From an uncultured bacterium (lineage in GTDB: Bacteria; UBP15; UBA6099): 64,000 nucleotides of DNA. The stretch covers positions 48,971 to 112,970 of the forward strand of contig CAYPEK010000002.1 of NCBI GenBank assembly GCA_964409645.1, in the 5' to 3' direction. Below are positions 1 to 10,079 of this stretch, one piece after another. Under the pieces are notes generated by a model. The model ran no database searches, was not told where the DNA came from, and saw only the letters and a program-made list of their open reading frames with translations. The translations under genes and the position numbers were made by a program. The stretch's first letter is position 1; each line of letters opens with the position of its first letter.

Positions 1-468
1 ATTGTTGTTCAGGTCCTTGTATTTGAGAATTTTGATTCCCGCTTTGTTCAGCAGCGGCTTCAGATTGGTCTCCCAGAGATCGGACTGCGTTTTGAACTGT
101 TCGAGCAGCACGGAGCGGATGCCAGCGAGCTGCTCGGAAGGGGTCATTCCGTCCGGTGTCATGCCGCCCGCGCCGGCGCTCTCCCGCCGCCTGAGTCCGG
201 ACACGCGCACCATGAAGAACTCGTCGAGGTTGTTGGCGTAAATGCCGAGGAATTTCACGCGTTCGAGGAGCGGTTTTCGTTCGTCGATTGCCTCTTCGAG
301 CACTCGCCAGTTGAATTCGAGCCAGCTCAGTTCCCTGTTGATGTAGAGGCATGGGTCGCTGAGGTCAGCAGCCTGTGTTGTTTCGTCCGCCGGGGCCGCG
401 ACCGGTTCCTCCGCCGGTTTTTTGCGCCGTGCGCCCGGTACGGCACGGGGTTTCTTTTTTTCGGTCAT
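1..468 (-). CDS. ppk: Polyphosphate kinase 1, N-terminal fragment; the gene continues beyond window position 1 and this 156-codon ORF is not in the supplied ORF track
   Basis: Minus-strand ATG at 468 preceded by AGGAAGG. Translation [17 protein letters not shown]...[55 protein letters not shown] matches the conserved PPK1 N-terminal domain (the YFNRELSWLxFNxRVLEEA and LKFLxIxxSNLDEFFMxRV motifs). Confidence 0.85.
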   Translation of the reverse strand, partial: MTEKKKPRAVPGARRKKPAEEPVAAPADETTQAADLSDPCLYINRELSWLEFNWRVLEEAIDERKPLLERVKFLGIYANNLDEFFMVRVSGLRRRESAGAGGMTPDGMTPSEQLAGIRSVLLEQFKTQSDLWETNLKPLLNKAGIKILKYKDLNNN

Positions 469-618
469 AAATACCTTCCTGTCGGGATGGGTTGCTTTCC
501 GGCAACCGCCTTGGCTGTGATACTGAATGTAACTAATCGAAAATGAGTGCGGCGTGCGGCAGGGCGCGGGCACTGCATAACGCCCCGTGGTAAATCGTCG
601 CCGTCACCTGAGCTGCTT

Positions 619-2127
619 TCATTTCTTTTTCACTCTGTCGAGTCGTCGTTCCACCGCTTCGCAGACTGTGCGCAGGGTGCGTATGCGGCCGAAGTATTTG
701 TCTTCGCCCTCGACGATTGTCCACGGCGCGTCGAGCGTGCTTGTGTTCTCCAGCATGTCGAGCACCGCTTCCTCGTAAACACCCCACTTGTCGCGGTTGC
801 GCCAGTCTTCCTCGGTGAGTTTGTATTTCTTGAATTTATTCGATTCGCGCTCCTTGAAGCGACGAAGCTGTTCGTCCTGCGAGATCTGCATCCAGAACTT
901 GACTATTACCGTGCCGTAGTTTGCGAGGTGCGCCTCGAACTCGCGGATTTCCTGATACGCGCGCCGCCATTCGGTCGAGTCGGCGAAGCCCTCGATGCGC
1001 TCGACGAGCACGCGCCCGTACCAGCTACGGTCGAATATTGTAATGTGGCCCGCCTTGGGTATCTGTCTCCAGAATCGCCACAAGAAGTTGTGCGCTTTTT
1101 CCTCGGTTGTCGGCGACGCGATCGGTACAACTTCGTACCCGCGCGGGTCGAGCCTTGATATAAGCTGCTTGATGTTGCCGCCTTTCCCGCCGGCGTCCCA
1201 TCCTTCGTAAACTATCACCATCGGAATGCGGTGTCTGTAGAGTTCAAATTCGAGCTCGCGGAACCGTGTTGTGTACTTCTCGATCTCGCTGTGGTATTTC
1301 TTTTCGGTAAGTTTCTGCGAGAGGTCGATCTTGTCGAGGATCGTCGGATGCACGTGCTTCGCGACGTCGATCTGTTTTTCTTCGGCAAGCGCCTTGCGTG
1401 CGGCCTCGACGCGTTTTTTCCGTTCGATCCCGTTGAGGCCCGCTTCGAGAATCGTCTTCAGTATCTTCATCTCCGCCCAGTGCACGTCGGTCGCCTCGAC
1501 GATCGTCCACGGCGCGTAACTCGTCGATGTCTTCGCGAGCATTTCCTCGACGTATTTCACATGCTGGTCGTATTTTTCGTGCCGTTTCCAGTCCTCCTTG
1601 GCGATTTTCCACGACTGGAATTTGTCTTTCTCGGTTATCTTGAAACGTCTTTTCTGCTCTTTTTTGGAGATGTGAAGGAAGAATTTAACGATCACCGTGA
1701 GGTCGTCGCTCAACAGTCTCTCGAAGCTCATGATGTCCTCGAACGCGTGATCCAGCTTGCTTTTTTTAATCTCTCCCTCCATCCGGTCGAACAGAACGCG
1801 GCGGTACCAGCTCTGGTAGAAAACCGATATGCGGCCCTGCGCCGGTGTCTTTGTCCAGAACCGCCACAAAAACGGGTAGTAATTCTCTTCGAGAGACGGC
1901 TCATGAATTCTGTGGACTTTAAACCCGCGCGGGTCGATCCGTGACGCGAGTTGTTCGATCACGGCGCCTTTTCCCGCGCCTTTCCAGCCCTCGAACACGA
2001 TGACTACCGGGATATTTGCTTCCATCAGTCTGCTTTGCAGGTCGAAAAGCTGGTTCTGGATTTCTTTGACTTCATCTTTGAACTGTTTTTTGGGTAGCTT
2101 TTTAGATAAATCGATCTGCTCGAGCAT
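619..2127 (-). CDS. Two-domain polyphosphate kinase 2 (polyphosphate:AMP phosphotransferase, PAP type)
   Basis: 502 aa with two tandem PPK2 domains, each carrying a Walker A loop (VVIVFEGWKGAGKG and MVIVYEGWDAGGKGG) and the PPK2 lid region. The GGAGG ribosome-binding site lies before the ATG at 2127. Confidence 0.9.
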   Translation of the reverse strand: MLEQIDLSKKLPKKQFKDEVKEIQNQLFDLQSRLMEANIPVVIVFEGWKGAGKGAVIEQLASRIDPRGFKVHRIHEPSLEENYYPFLWRFWTKTPAQGRISVFYQSWYRRVLFDRMEGEIKKSKLDHAFEDIMSFERLLSDDLTVIVKFFLHISKKEQKRRFKITEKDKFQSWKIAKEDWKRHEKYDQHVKYVEEMLAKTSTSYAPWTIVEATDVHWAEMKILKTILEAGLNGIERKKRVEAARKALAEEKQIDVAKHVHPTILDKIDLSQKLTEKKYHSEIEKYTTRFRELEFELYRHRIPMVIVYEGWDAGGKGGNIKQLISRLDPRGYEVVPIASPTTEEKAHNFLWRFWRQIPKAGHITIFDRSWYGRVLVERIEGFADSTEWRRAYQEIREFEAHLANYGTVIVKFWMQISQDEQLRRFKERESNKFKKYKLTEEDWRNRDKWGVYEEAVLDMLENTSTLDAPWTIVEGEDKYFGRIRTLRTVCEAVERRLDRVKKK

Positions 2128-2267
2128 AAATTTCCTCCATCTCCGTCATATATATGAGTAATAACAATGTAGATGGAATTTTATCATAATATTGTTTTAA
2201 TGCAAGTTTGAGCCTCCCCGAAGGGGGCCGGATGCCTGAAATCGATGCCCGCGGACTGTGCAGCCTG

Positions 2268-5200
2268 TCATTCACTTGCCAAGTGCATTATCACGCGGCC
2301 TCCGACTGTGTCGCCGTCACTCACGAAAACCGAACAACTCTTTGGCGGATCGCCTTTCTTTCTGAAAGGATTTTTGACCTTGGAGTTAAAATACAGAGTG
2401 GTATCGAGTCCGCTTTTTTCCGTCCTGAAATTCATCTGATCGCTCGTCCGCGAAGTAGCGGGCATGTCGAAATCGAGTAAACCGTCCGAACCGGAAACCG
2501 AGACGTGGCTCACCTCTGTTTTGTTGGCCGAAAAGCCCGGATCGTCCGGCGAGAATGTCATCTTCTGAAGGAATGAGGTTTCCGTGTTTTTGATCGAGCA
2601 TGGATACGTGTCCGGTCCGCGTCCGACGACCGTCAGCTTATCCGCCGCTGCGGCGGGCACGTCGAACTTGACTCCCAGTTCGAGCAGTTTCGCATCCCCC
2701 ACGCGGGGCGCGATCTCATAACTGATGTCCACGTCGCCCGAGGACTCGATTTTGTAATTATACCGGACGAGAAATCCCATCTCCGGTTTTTCTTTTACGC
2801 CGTGGAAAACTTCCGCCTCAATCAATACTTCGTCGGCGCTCTCATTCTTAATCTCGAATTTCCTCACGGTTGTATCGAGGTCTTTGAGAAGCGGAAGGAC
2901 GGCGCTTTCCACGTACGAAGTCTGAGTCATTTCCACGAGCAGCAGAGGCCGCCATGTGTTAAGCGCCGGGCCTTTGACCGGTATGCTTCCGCCGCCTGTC
3001 TTCACCGATTCGATTGTCGCGCCGTCGGTGTTGAACGTGACCCCGAACTCGCTGCCGCCGCTGACTGTAATTTTGTCTCCGCTGGTCGTCGTGGTGAGAG
3101 GGTAAGTCTTCCGTTTCGCGGGCGTCGCCGCGGTTTTGTCGCGCACTTCGAGCAGGAACTGGTGCTTGTCCATCATGAAGTTGTTCAGGTCGAAGGACGA
3201 TATTTCGAGGATGTAGGTTTCGCCGTCGTAAACGGTTTTCGGGAGGTTCACGTCGAGATCGAGGGCGGATTTCTGATGCGGTTTGACGGAGGGGTAGGAG
3301 CCTTTGCCTTCCGAAATCGCGTCGAAGTTTTTCAGCAGTCGCCACTCGTAGCGCATTCCCTCGATGTCGGTGAAATCGAAGCGGTTTTGGAAGGCGGGGC
3401 TGAGGCGGTTGGCGCCGGGGTTGGCAATTAGCGACTCATCCGCGAAGTAAACCGGCGTGTATATTTTTTTGAATTCGTAAAAATCCGCCTGCGGCGTGCG
3501 GTCCGGATATGTGATGCCGTCCGTGCCGAAGAATCCGTTCGAGTCGATTATGTGGTTGTCGTCGGCACGCTTGTTGACGAAAAGATAATCGTGGCCGTCC
3601 GGTACTTTGTCGCCGGGTTCATAGACGCGTCTGCCGTCGATCGGGCGCAGGATACCCTGATCCATCCAGTGCCATACGAACCCGCCGGCAAGGTCGTCGT
3701 TCCGCCAGATGATGTCCCATGTGGCTCTGGTGTCGATCTGTCTGCCGAGCGCGTGGAGGAATTCGGTCATGATGATCGGGCGCGCGCGTTTGCCTTTGAG
3801 TTTCTGATCCTTGACGTATAAGTCAAGCTCCATGGGGCTTGGGTAGTGCGCGGCGAGGAGTTCGACCACGGGCGGAATGACGTCGGTTGTCTGATTCCAT
3901 GAGAAACCCGTCTCGGGGAGCAGCTTCGGCCTCGTCGGGTCCAGCTTTTCGACGAGTTTGACCACCGGCCCGTGGACCAGCGACCATTTATTTTCATTGC
4001 CCGCGCTCCATATAATGACTGACGGGTGATTCTTGTCCCGCGATATGGTTTCGGCCGCCCGCTGTTTCACCGGCTCGATGAATTCCGGAAAGCTCAAAAG
4101 CACGTCTCCGTAACCGAAGGGTATTTCGTCGATCACGTACATGCCGTAAATGTCCGTGAGGTCGAGAAATTCGGGATCGGGGGGATAGTGCGATGTGCGG
4201 ATGGAGTTGATGTTGGCGGTTTTCATCGCTCTGATGTCGAGCAGCATTTGCTCGGTGGTGAACGTTCTGCCGTGTTCGATGTTGATCTCGTGACGGTTGG
4301 CGCCGCGCAGTTTAAGCGGCACTCCGTTCACCTTGAACACGTCGCCGTCAATCGTGATCTCTCTGAATCCCACGTTCACGTCGGTTGTTTCCACTTTGCC
4401 GTTTTCATTCGACAGTGTTACGACCAACTTGTACAACGCCGGTGTCTCAGCGGTCCATTTGTCCGGGTTCGTGACTTTATTGGAGAGTGTGACTTTTTCC
4501 GTCTTTCCGGCCGTGACGCTCGCTTTTTTCGATGTGTTGACGATCGGCGATCCACCGCCCGGAGGCAGCAACTCCGCCGCGATTTCCATGTCGCGGTCTT
4601 TACCGCCGGTGTTCTCGATGTTTACTGTCACGGACAACTCGGCGTCACGGTAGTTCTCGTCAAGATCGGTCACGACGGTGATGTCGTCGATGTGTGTTTC
4701 AGGCACTTTGTATAGATACACGTCACGGAAAATGCCGCTGAGTGCCCAGTCGTCGTGGCAGTCGAACGCGGAACTTTTTATTGTTCCTTTTTCAACTTTG
4801 ACCGCAAGCAGATTTTTGCCGGGCTTCACGGCGTCCGTTATGTCGAACTCAAAGCCGGTGAACCCGCCGATGTGTTTTCCGACCGGTTTTTCATTTAGCC
4901 ACACTTCCGCTCCATACAGCACGCCTTCAAAATGCAGCATAAGACGTTCGCCGGGCGCGGGCGCCGCCGCCTCGAACTCGTGTCGGTAGAATCCCATGTT
5001 GTCTGATACCGTCGCGTATTTGGCGTCCTCTAACCCGGCCATTTCCCAGTTGAGCGGAACTTGTATGTCGCCCATTCCGGACTGGTCGAAGTCGAAGCGA
5101 TAAAAGTTGTCCATTGCTTTGGCGCCGTCCGGCGTCACAACCGCCAGTTTCCATGTGCCGTTCAGCAATATCTTGCCCGATTCCCGCGAAACCGGCTTGC

Positions 5201-5273
5201 ACCACACCCGTGCTCCGGCCGCGATCACCACAGCCGCCATCACAAAAGCCGTTATCATTCTCCGTGTTTTCAT
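2268..5273 (-). CDS. Secreted GH2 family glycoside hydrolase (beta-galactosidase or beta-mannosidase-like)
   Basis: GH2 acid/base motif NHPSVIIWSAGNE, nucleophile region IIMTEFLHALG, and FREITIDGDVFKVNGVPLKLRGANRHE matching the LacZ core. Signal peptide MKTRRMITAFVMAAVVIAAGA. Start moved to the ATG at 5273 because AGAGAGG lies upstream of it; the ORF track gives 5300. Confidence 0.9.
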   Translation of the reverse strand: MKTRRMITAFVMAAVVIAAGARVWCKPVSRESGKILLNGTWKLAVVTPDGAKAMDNFYRFDFDQSGMGDIQVPLNWEMAGLEDAKYATVSDNMGFYRHEFEAAAPAPGERLMLHFEGVLYGAEVWLNEKPVGKHIGGFTGFEFDITDAVKPGKNLLAVKVEKGTIKSSAFDCHDDWALSGIFRDVYLYKVPETHIDDITVVTDLDENYRDAELSVTVNIENTGGKDRDMEIAAELLPPGGGSPIVNTSKKASVTAGKTEKVTLSNKVTNPDKWTAETPALYKLVVTLSNENGKVETTDVNVGFREITIDGDVFKVNGVPLKLRGANRHEINIEHGRTFTTEQMLLDIRAMKTANINSIRTSHYPPDPEFLDLTDIYGMYVIDEIPFGYGDVLLSFPEFIEPVKQRAAETISRDKNHPSVIIWSAGNENKWSLVHGPVVKLVEKLDPTRPKLLPETGFSWNQTTDVIPPVVELLAAHYPSPMELDLYVKDQKLKGKRARPIIMTEFLHALGRQIDTRATWDIIWRNDDLAGGFVWHWMDQGILRPIDGRRVYEPGDKVPDGHDYLFVNKRADDNHIIDSNGFFGTDGITYPDRTPQADFYEFKKIYTPVYFADESLIANPGANRLSPAFQNRFDFTDIEGMRYEWRLLKNFDAISEGKGSYPSVKPHQKSALDLDVNLPKTVYDGETYILEISSFDLNNFMMDKHQFLLEVRDKTAATPAKRKTYPLTTTTSGDKITVSGGSEFGVTFNTDGATIESVKTGGGSIPVKGPALNTWRPLLLVEMTQTSYVESAVLPLLKDLDTTVRKFEIKNESADEVLIEAEVFHGVKEKPEMGFLVRYNYKIESSGDVDISYEIAPRVGDAKLLELGVKFDVPAAAADKLTVVGRGPDTYPCSIKNTETSFLQKMTFSPDDPGFSANKTEVSHVSVSGSDGLLDFDMPATSRTSDQMNFRTEKSGLDTTLYFNSKVKNPFRKKGDPPKSCSVFVSDGDTVGGRVIMHLASE

Positions 5274-5307
5274 CCGGGGCGCCTCTCTTTTCGTTATCAT
5301 GCAAACA

Positions 5308-5325
5308 GATTCACAACACAGACAT
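5308..5325 (+). promoter_or_regulatory. Short copy of the GH-upstream motif (GATTCACAACACAGACAT), about 35 nt upstream of the GH2 start
   Basis: 14/18 identity to GATTCACCACAAAGACAC, which is found upstream of GH92. Same orientation relative to the downstream minus-strand gene. Confidence 0.35.
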
Positions 5326-5420
5326 TTTACCTGCCGTGGCGGGATGACACAAGAAAAACATTAGTTGCTGATATGCAATTGGGGGCGGGCCGTGAATTGG
5401 GAATTGAGCAGTATCGTAAA

Positions 5421-5440
5421 AGGAAACATATATGTTTCCT
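5421..5440. promoter_or_regulatory. Perfect 20-bp palindrome AGGAAACATATATGTTTCCT in the GH2 promoter region (candidate operator)
   Basis: Exact inverted repeat read directly from the sequence, located between the GH2 start (5273) and the CYTH stop (5601). Confidence 0.5.
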
Positions 5441-5600
5441 GATTACCTCTAATTCTCCGCTACGAGTAGGGAAGCTTGTAAAATCTTCCTATGATTGTAG
5501 GGGCGGCCCTGCAGAATTTTCAAATATGTTATCTCGGCAGCGGAATTCAAGGCATAATCAGGTATATGTTTAGCAACAAGAGTGGCTTCAAAGACATTAA

Positions 5601-6092
5601 CTATTGCGGGATGCCGCGTAGGGCCAGTATCTGATTCTTGTATCTTTTGTCTTCGGTTATTTCGAGTCCCGTCCAGTCGGGCGGATTGAATGACGCGCTT
5701 TCGGATTCCGACCCGAATTCGACCTCCATCGTCAGAAGGCCCTCGAGAGTTCCTTCGTAAACGTCAATCTCGATGACCGCGTCGATGCCGGAAACGTTGT
5801 CGCGATACAGCAACTCATATCGCGTTTTTTCGACTCTTCTGTTTTCAGTCGCGGGCCAGAGGGTGTCGAACTGGGCGGGCGAGATTTCGGTTTCATACTC
5901 CGCTCTCTTCATTCCCGCGCCGGATTTTACCGTGAGGAAATGTTTGCCGCCTTTCTCGCGAAGCCTGACTTCCGTTCCGTCCTCCGCGACGGCGATGTAA
6001 CCCTGACGGATGTGTTTTGAAGGGAAATTGCTCAAGTCGTCCGGCAGCCGTTTCAAAAGGAACTTGCGCTCGATCTCGATGTTGGAGTTCAT
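5601..6092 (-). CDS. CYTH-domain protein (triphosphate tunnel metalloenzyme, inorganic triphosphatase or class IV cyclase-like)
   Basis: N-terminal EIERKFLL (the ExExK motif), a size of 163 aa and a beta-rich acidic pattern typical of the CYTH fold. AGGAGG ribosome-binding site before the ATG. Confidence 0.75.
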   Translation of the reverse strand: MNSNIEIERKFLLKRLPDDLSNFPSKHIRQGYIAVAEDGTEVRLREKGGKHFLTVKSGAGMKRAEYETEISPAQFDTLWPATENRRVEKTRYELLYRDNVSGIDAVIEIDVYEGTLEGLLTMEVEFGSESESASFNPPDWTGLEITEDKRYKNQILALRGIPQ

Positions 6093-6104
6093 GGTTCCTC
6101 CTGC

Positions 6105-7145
6105 TCAGGGTCGCACGCTTTTGATGAAATCGACGATCGTGCGGACGAGCGCGCGCGGGCACAGTGCGATCGAAACGTGGCCGCAGGGAAGCCATTTCAG
6201 CCGTGGCCGGTTCCATTTCTCGTGCAGTTCCTCGACGTTCGGAGGCGGGATAAGGATGTCGTAAAGGCCGGCGATGACCTGAATTCGCTCCGGCGGGAGT
6301 TTCGGTTTGAAATTGACTGGCATGATTATGCGCCAGTTCTCGGACAGCTTTGCTTCCGTTACGCCCGCCGTGTCGAGGTCGTGTTTAAGCTGGCTGATGA
6401 GCGGTTTGTCCCACATGCCTTTAATCAGATTGCCCGAGGCGATGATCGGCAGAGCGAAATCGATCCGGTTTTCGACGCACGCGACGAGGCCGGTGACGAA
6501 TCCGCCGAGGCTGAACCCGCCCACGCCGAGCGGGCCGGTGAACCGGCTGCGCGTCCACGTCACAAGCGACCGGATGTCGCCCACCGACTGCCGGAACGCT
6601 TCGACGCTCTGTTCCATGTCGCCGCAAAGCATCAGGTCGCCGTCGTAAGTGCCGGCCGGTTTTCGTGTGCCGTGATAGGGTTGTGTCGTCAGCACGCAGT
6701 TGATGCCGAGGCGCGCGAGAAAGAAACCGAGCAGCCAGTGATAGGGGGTATAAACGCCGGGCTCGCGCCATCCGTGCATTATAATCACGCACGGCGCGGC
6801 GGCGGCGCCGTGTTCCGTCCGCGCCTCGAAGATGCTCCCGCGCACGATGTTATTCTCAGGATAGGCGGATTCCGTTTCGCTGCGGAAGCTGAAACGCGAC
6901 TCTTTAATTCCGCCGCGTGTCCGGCGCGGTGTCACTTCGACTTCGGGCATTTTTTTCATTCCCCGGTCGAAGAACAGCTCCGGCTGCTCGAAGAATTCGG
7001 GACGGTTCATATCCGAGAGGTCTAGCCGCGAGCTGAGCATCGGCTTGTGGTTCGACATAGCGATCTCGAGTTTGACGACCGCCGTGTCGATCAATATCGA
7101 TAGTATTCTCAGAAATGCGTGCCATATTCGTGATGGAATGCTCAT
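6105..7145 (-). CDS. Alpha/beta-fold hydrolase
   Basis: Nucleophile elbow GFSLGG (GxSxG) and the IIMHGW hydrolase pattern. The start is uncertain; an alternative ATG is at 7058. Confidence 0.55.
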   Translation of the reverse strand: MSIPSRIWHAFLRILSILIDTAVVKLEIAMSNHKPMLSSRLDLSDMNRPEFFEQPELFFDRGMKKMPEVEVTPRRTRGGIKESRFSFRSETESAYPENNIVRGSIFEARTEHGAAAAPCVIIMHGWREPGVYTPYHWLLGFFLARLGINCVLTTQPYHGTRKPAGTYDGDLMLCGDMEQSVEAFRQSVGDIRSLVTWTRSRFTGPLGVGGFSLGGFVTGLVACVENRIDFALPIIASGNLIKGMWDKPLISQLKHDLDTAGVTEAKLSENWRIIMPVNFKPKLPPERIQVIAGLYDILIPPPNVEELHEKWNRPRLKWLPCGHVSIALCPRALVRTIVDFIKSVRP

Positions 7146-7251
7146 TTGCTGCTCCGTATGTGACTTAATGCGACACTATTATACGCGGAATCGGGGTTTT
7201 GTGCGCAAGTTGTTGTAAATGCCGGGCTTCGGGTTTGAGCGGGACCGTCAT

Positions 7252-7893
7252 TCAGTCCGCGCCGCCGGTTTTCCACTTGAACCGGAAGTCACAGATTTCG
7301 TCGCCGCAGGAAAGAGTTTTGTCGCGTTTCAAAGAAATATCGGGCTGGTGGTTGTTGAAAAAATCCTTGTCGCCCTCGCAGAAGATGGCGGCCATGTCGG
7401 GCTCGCCGATGGTTTTCAGAAGTTCAACAAAACGGCACCGGCGGATCGTGAGGTCGAGCGCCTCGTCGCCTTTGAGAGTGAGGTCGGCGTCCGCGTTGAA
7501 AAAACGGCTCTGTATTTTTTCGAGGAATTCGGAGCGTTTTTCGGGCGTCATGTCGAGAATGGAAGCGCGGCTCAGACGCGGCACGTTGCGGCCGAGGAAA
7601 TCCACTGATGCGATCCTTACGATCTCGGCGACTAATGCGCGCGCCTCGTTCGGAGGAATTCGTGTGCGCAGTGCGCGGTCGAGCAGGACCGCCGAGCCTA
7701 TCTGGCGGCGGGAGAGGGCGTCCTTCCGGTCCACCGGCGGCCCGAGAGAGCGCCACGGCTCGCCTTTCGCCATTCCCGCGACGACCGAAGCGAATACCGC
7801 CGCGCATCCCGCCGGGCCGAGTCGCCGCCACAGCAATCGCAATGCGGTGAGCGAACCGACCTGTTCCGACAGAATGAGTGAGAGAGGAACCAT
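7252..7893 (-). CDS. Hypothetical protein, possibly ATC-hydrolase-like (L-2-amino-thiazoline-4-carboxylic acid hydrolase family)
   Basis: The C-terminal pattern RRCRFVELL...IFCEGDKDFF...TLSCGDEICDFRFKWK resembles the Cys-containing C-terminus of PF14196-type proteins, recalled from memory. Strand chosen over the overlapping plus-strand ORF 7199..7972 because it matches neighbour orientation and has a less Arg/Ala-biased composition. Confidence 0.35.
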   Translation of the reverse strand: MVPLSLILSEQVGSLTALRLLWRRLGPAGCAAVFASVVAGMAKGEPWRSLGPPVDRKDALSRRQIGSAVLLDRALRTRIPPNEARALVAEIVRIASVDFLGRNVPRLSRASILDMTPEKRSEFLEKIQSRFFNADADLTLKGDEALDLTIRRCRFVELLKTIGEPDMAAIFCEGDKDFFNNHQPDISLKRDKTLSCGDEICDFRFKWKTGGAD

Positions 7894-8018
7894 TCAAATC
7901 CCCGATCGATTTGTTTCAAATAATCATGCCACAATCCGGCCGTATTTTGCAGACGGCCGGTGTTTAAAATAGAAAAGGGCAGGCGGTTCGCCTGCCCTCG
8001 GTATAACTCCATCAAAAA

Positions 8019-9857
8019 TTATTTATTCGGTTTCAGTTCGTCGGCAAGTTCCTTGAAGAACGCTTTGAGCGTGTCGCGGGTGACTTCGCCCTTCCTGTTG
8101 GCGATGCTTCGCACGGCGGCCGCGAACTTGTCGTATTCCTCCTGCGTGAGCGTGCCTTTGAGTTTCTTATCAGCGACTTCAATGCCCATCACGCCCGCCT
8201 CGCCGTAAGCGGTTGTCTTCGCGAGCCAGCTTTTCAGTTCGTCGAGCAGATATTTGTTTTTAACCTTCTCGTTGATCGGGTCTTTCATGTCGGCCATCGC
8301 CTGAAATGCCGCCTTGAACTCGTCTTTAACCGGCGAGAGGTCGCCCGCGTAGTAATGGTTCCAGAATTTGCGTATGAGCACTCTGAGGTCCTGCGAATCC
8401 TGATGGTTGATGAGGGAGCCCTGATTCAGGACCGCGAAAGGCTTGAACGCGCTGTAAGCGTCGATGCCCACAGTGTCGATGATGGCTTTCTTCCACGACT
8501 CCTGATCGTTGTATGCGTCCGGGTTCCAAGCGTAATCTGCTACTGCGCCGAGAGTGACCCACGAACTGTACATCCACGGCATCGCGTTTGCGGTCAGGCC
8601 GAGAACGGCTTCGTGCACGTCTGTGGCGCGGCGCGGGAACGTTCCGAGGCTGATCGGTCCCTTGATCGCCATGAACGTATCCACGACCGGTACGTTGTCG
8701 CCGAGCAGCGGCTTGCGGTTGATGTACTTTGTGACGAATTCCGCGTCTGATTTGTTGACCGCCCAACTGCATATCTCGTTGCCGGTCCAGCCGTAAATTA
8801 TCTCCGGTTTCAGCATGTCGCCGACTGTTCCGCTGTATTCCTCAGTGACGTTCTCATTCCAATATTCGACCGGCACGAAGCTGAACTGCGCGTTCGGCAC
8901 TTTTTTCATCACGGCGTCGTAAACGCGGTTGGTCAGATCGGCCTGAGCCTCGCCCATGTTTTTGTAGCGCGCTTTGTCCTCTTCCTTGGAAAGATTCATG
9001 CCGGTGTCGTCGAACGCGAGCACGAAACAGGTTATTCCCAAATCAGCTACCGCGTAGAACTTCGCGACCAAATCCTTGAAATGATCTTCGGACGAATAGG
9101 TAATCGAGACGCCCGGGCTGATTTCCCAGCAGAACTGCATGTTGTTCAGTTTGCTCAGGTCGTTGAAAGCTCGAAATCTCTTGAGCTCTTTTTCTGTGTA
9201 AGGACTTCTCCACGCGCTTCGGTTTTTCGGGTCGTCCTTCGGCGCGTAGAGGAAAATATTCATCTTCTGATCGCCCATCCAGTCGATCGTGCGGAGGGTG
9301 TCTTCCGGCGCCCACGCGGCTCCGTAGTAGCCTTCGAGCACTCCGCGCACCTGCATCACCGGATAGTCGAAAATCGATGCCTGATCGATCCGCCGCCCGT
9401 CGTATTTCGAGATGAGTTTCTTTATCGTTTTGATCGCGTAGAATCGCCCGCGGCTCTGGTCTGAGTAAATGGTTGCCGTCACGCCGCTGTCCGAGCCGGC
9501 GACTCTGAGCGCGTATGATTCCGGTTCCGACGCGAACACTTTGCGGTCGCATTTCAGTTTCTTGCAGTCTTCTTCCGGGAACGCGGAAGAAGCGGCGAAT
9601 GTGACTTTAACAATTTTATTTCCGGCGGCGGGGTAGGTGTCCGTCAGGTCTTTCACAGCGTGTGCGAGAGCGGCGTCTCCGGCAGGCGCGCCGTCCACCG
9701 AAACGCCCGTCACCGCGACCGGCGATCCGAGCATCATTGATATGTGCGGCTCGGGAATAATGTCCATGAAATTAAAGCCCATCAGATCGGCGCGCGCCGC
9801 TCCGCCCGCAGCAAGCAGCGTCACACACATTGCGATAATCAAATACATTCTCTTCAT
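8019..9857 (-). CDS. Secreted GH84 family beta-N-acetylglucosaminidase (O-GlcNAcase or NagJ-like)
   Basis: GH84 signature VRGVLEGYYGAAW...KMNIFLYAPKDDPKNR with the catalytic DD pair. Signal peptide MKRMYLIIAMCVTLLAAGGAARA. Start set at the ATG at 9857, which is internal to the ORF-track span. Confidence 0.9.
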   Translation of the reverse strand: MKRMYLIIAMCVTLLAAGGAARADLMGFNFMDIIPEPHISMMLGSPVAVTGVSVDGAPAGDAALAHAVKDLTDTYPAAGNKIVKVTFAASSAFPEEDCKKLKCDRKVFASEPESYALRVAGSDSGVTATIYSDQSRGRFYAIKTIKKLISKYDGRRIDQASIFDYPVMQVRGVLEGYYGAAWAPEDTLRTIDWMGDQKMNIFLYAPKDDPKNRSAWRSPYTEKELKRFRAFNDLSKLNNMQFCWEISPGVSITYSSEDHFKDLVAKFYAVADLGITCFVLAFDDTGMNLSKEEDKARYKNMGEAQADLTNRVYDAVMKKVPNAQFSFVPVEYWNENVTEEYSGTVGDMLKPEIIYGWTGNEICSWAVNKSDAEFVTKYINRKPLLGDNVPVVDTFMAIKGPISLGTFPRRATDVHEAVLGLTANAMPWMYSSWVTLGAVADYAWNPDAYNDQESWKKAIIDTVGIDAYSAFKPFAVLNQGSLINHQDSQDLRVLIRKFWNHYYAGDLSPVKDEFKAAFQAMADMKDPINEKVKNKYLLDELKSWLAKTTAYGEAGVMGIEVADKKLKGTLTQEEYDKFAAAVRSIANRKGEVTRDTLKAFFKELADELKPNK

Positions 9858-10079
9858 GATAGCTCTCCCCCCGTCGTGATTGTTGTCTATCCCCGAACCC
9901 GCGTATTCCTCCGGTTTCGCTTCCGAATAAGACCCGGCGCCCGACGGCAACCGGTTCGGGGACATTCTACTAAAAAATCCGCGAAATTGGTAGTCGAAGA
10001 TTTTACGCGAACAAAAAAGGCCAAAGATATGATGAAATGGCGTGGAGAATGAGTAAAGACTGCTCAGAATCCTTAACGT

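Noticed and set aside
2200-2230. GC hairpin CCCC-GAA-GGGG (CCCC-UUCG-GGGG on the minus strand) downstream of GH2, as a possible terminator
   Set aside because: The stem is only 4-5 bp and it is followed by a mixed A/U stretch rather than a clean U-run. Too weak to call.
7199-7972. Plus-strand 257-aa ORF overlapping the minus-strand 213-aa ORF
   Set aside because: Its composition is Arg/Ser-biased, and the minus-strand frame is co-oriented with its neighbours and has a plausible Cys-motif C-terminus. I kept the minus-strand call at low confidence.
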